The position numbers were made by a program, and so were the translations under genes. The notes below the pieces were generated by a model. That model made no database searches. It had not been told where the DNA came from and saw only the letters and a program-made list of their open reading frames with translations. From the NCBI RefSeq assembly GCF_000143415.4, contig NW_003314712.1, positions 1 through 6,667 of the forward strand: a stretch of DNA of 6,667 bases, in the 5' to 3' direction. Position 1 is the stretch's first letter; the number at the start of each line of letters is the position of its first letter. This stretch comes from Selaginella moellendorffii. Taxonomy: Eukaryota; Plantae; Lycopodiophyta. This document shows positions 6,470 through 6,667 of the stretch, one piece after another.

Positions 6470-6618
6470 ATGCGGCTTCCCAGGATCACTGCTCCGCAGG
6501 CCACAATCAGGGCGTGGCTCGGCTCTCATGGTGTGTCGCCCGCCATGGATTCCTCCGATTCCTTCTCCGCAGCCTGGAGGCCGTGCTTGCTCGCCAGGGA
6601 GGGCTTCGGCAACTCAAG
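6470..6618 (+). other. Possible exon of a + strand gene continuing beyond the window
   Basis: GC-rich segment open from ATG 6470 (MRLPRITAPQ...), ending at AAG|GTGAAA (6619) and followed by T-rich intron-like sequence. Reading frame and product are uncertain. Confidence 0.3.
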
Positions 6619-6667
6619 GTGAAATTTTCTTCCATTTTGCACGAGTTTTTAGTTGCTTAGTATTTTT

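Overview
Eukaryotic, land-plant-type genomic DNA with an 831-nt assembly gap (479-1309). The very short (about 48-80 nt) spliceosomal introns and a tRNA-iMet-primed LTR element suggest a compact genome such as a lycophyte (Selaginella-like); this is inference. Layout: frameshifted F-box gene (+, 1-478) | gap | decayed metallophosphoesterase fragment of the At3g03305/TMEM62 type (1310-1950) running into an unidentified intron-rich gene relic (about 1950-3240) | small helical-protein gene X1 (-, 3440-3718) | shared divergent promoter region with two mirror-image W-box clusters and a 270-bp TRIM (miniature LTR retrotransposon, 4266-4535) | distant paralog X2 (+, 4873-5121) | intact 359-aa F-box gene (-, 5127-6206) with two perfect CArG boxes upstream. 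The most notable signal is the mirror arrangement Fbox> ... <X1 | X2> <Fbox, in which two unrecognised, apparently WRKY-controlled small genes are each oriented convergently with an F-box paralog.
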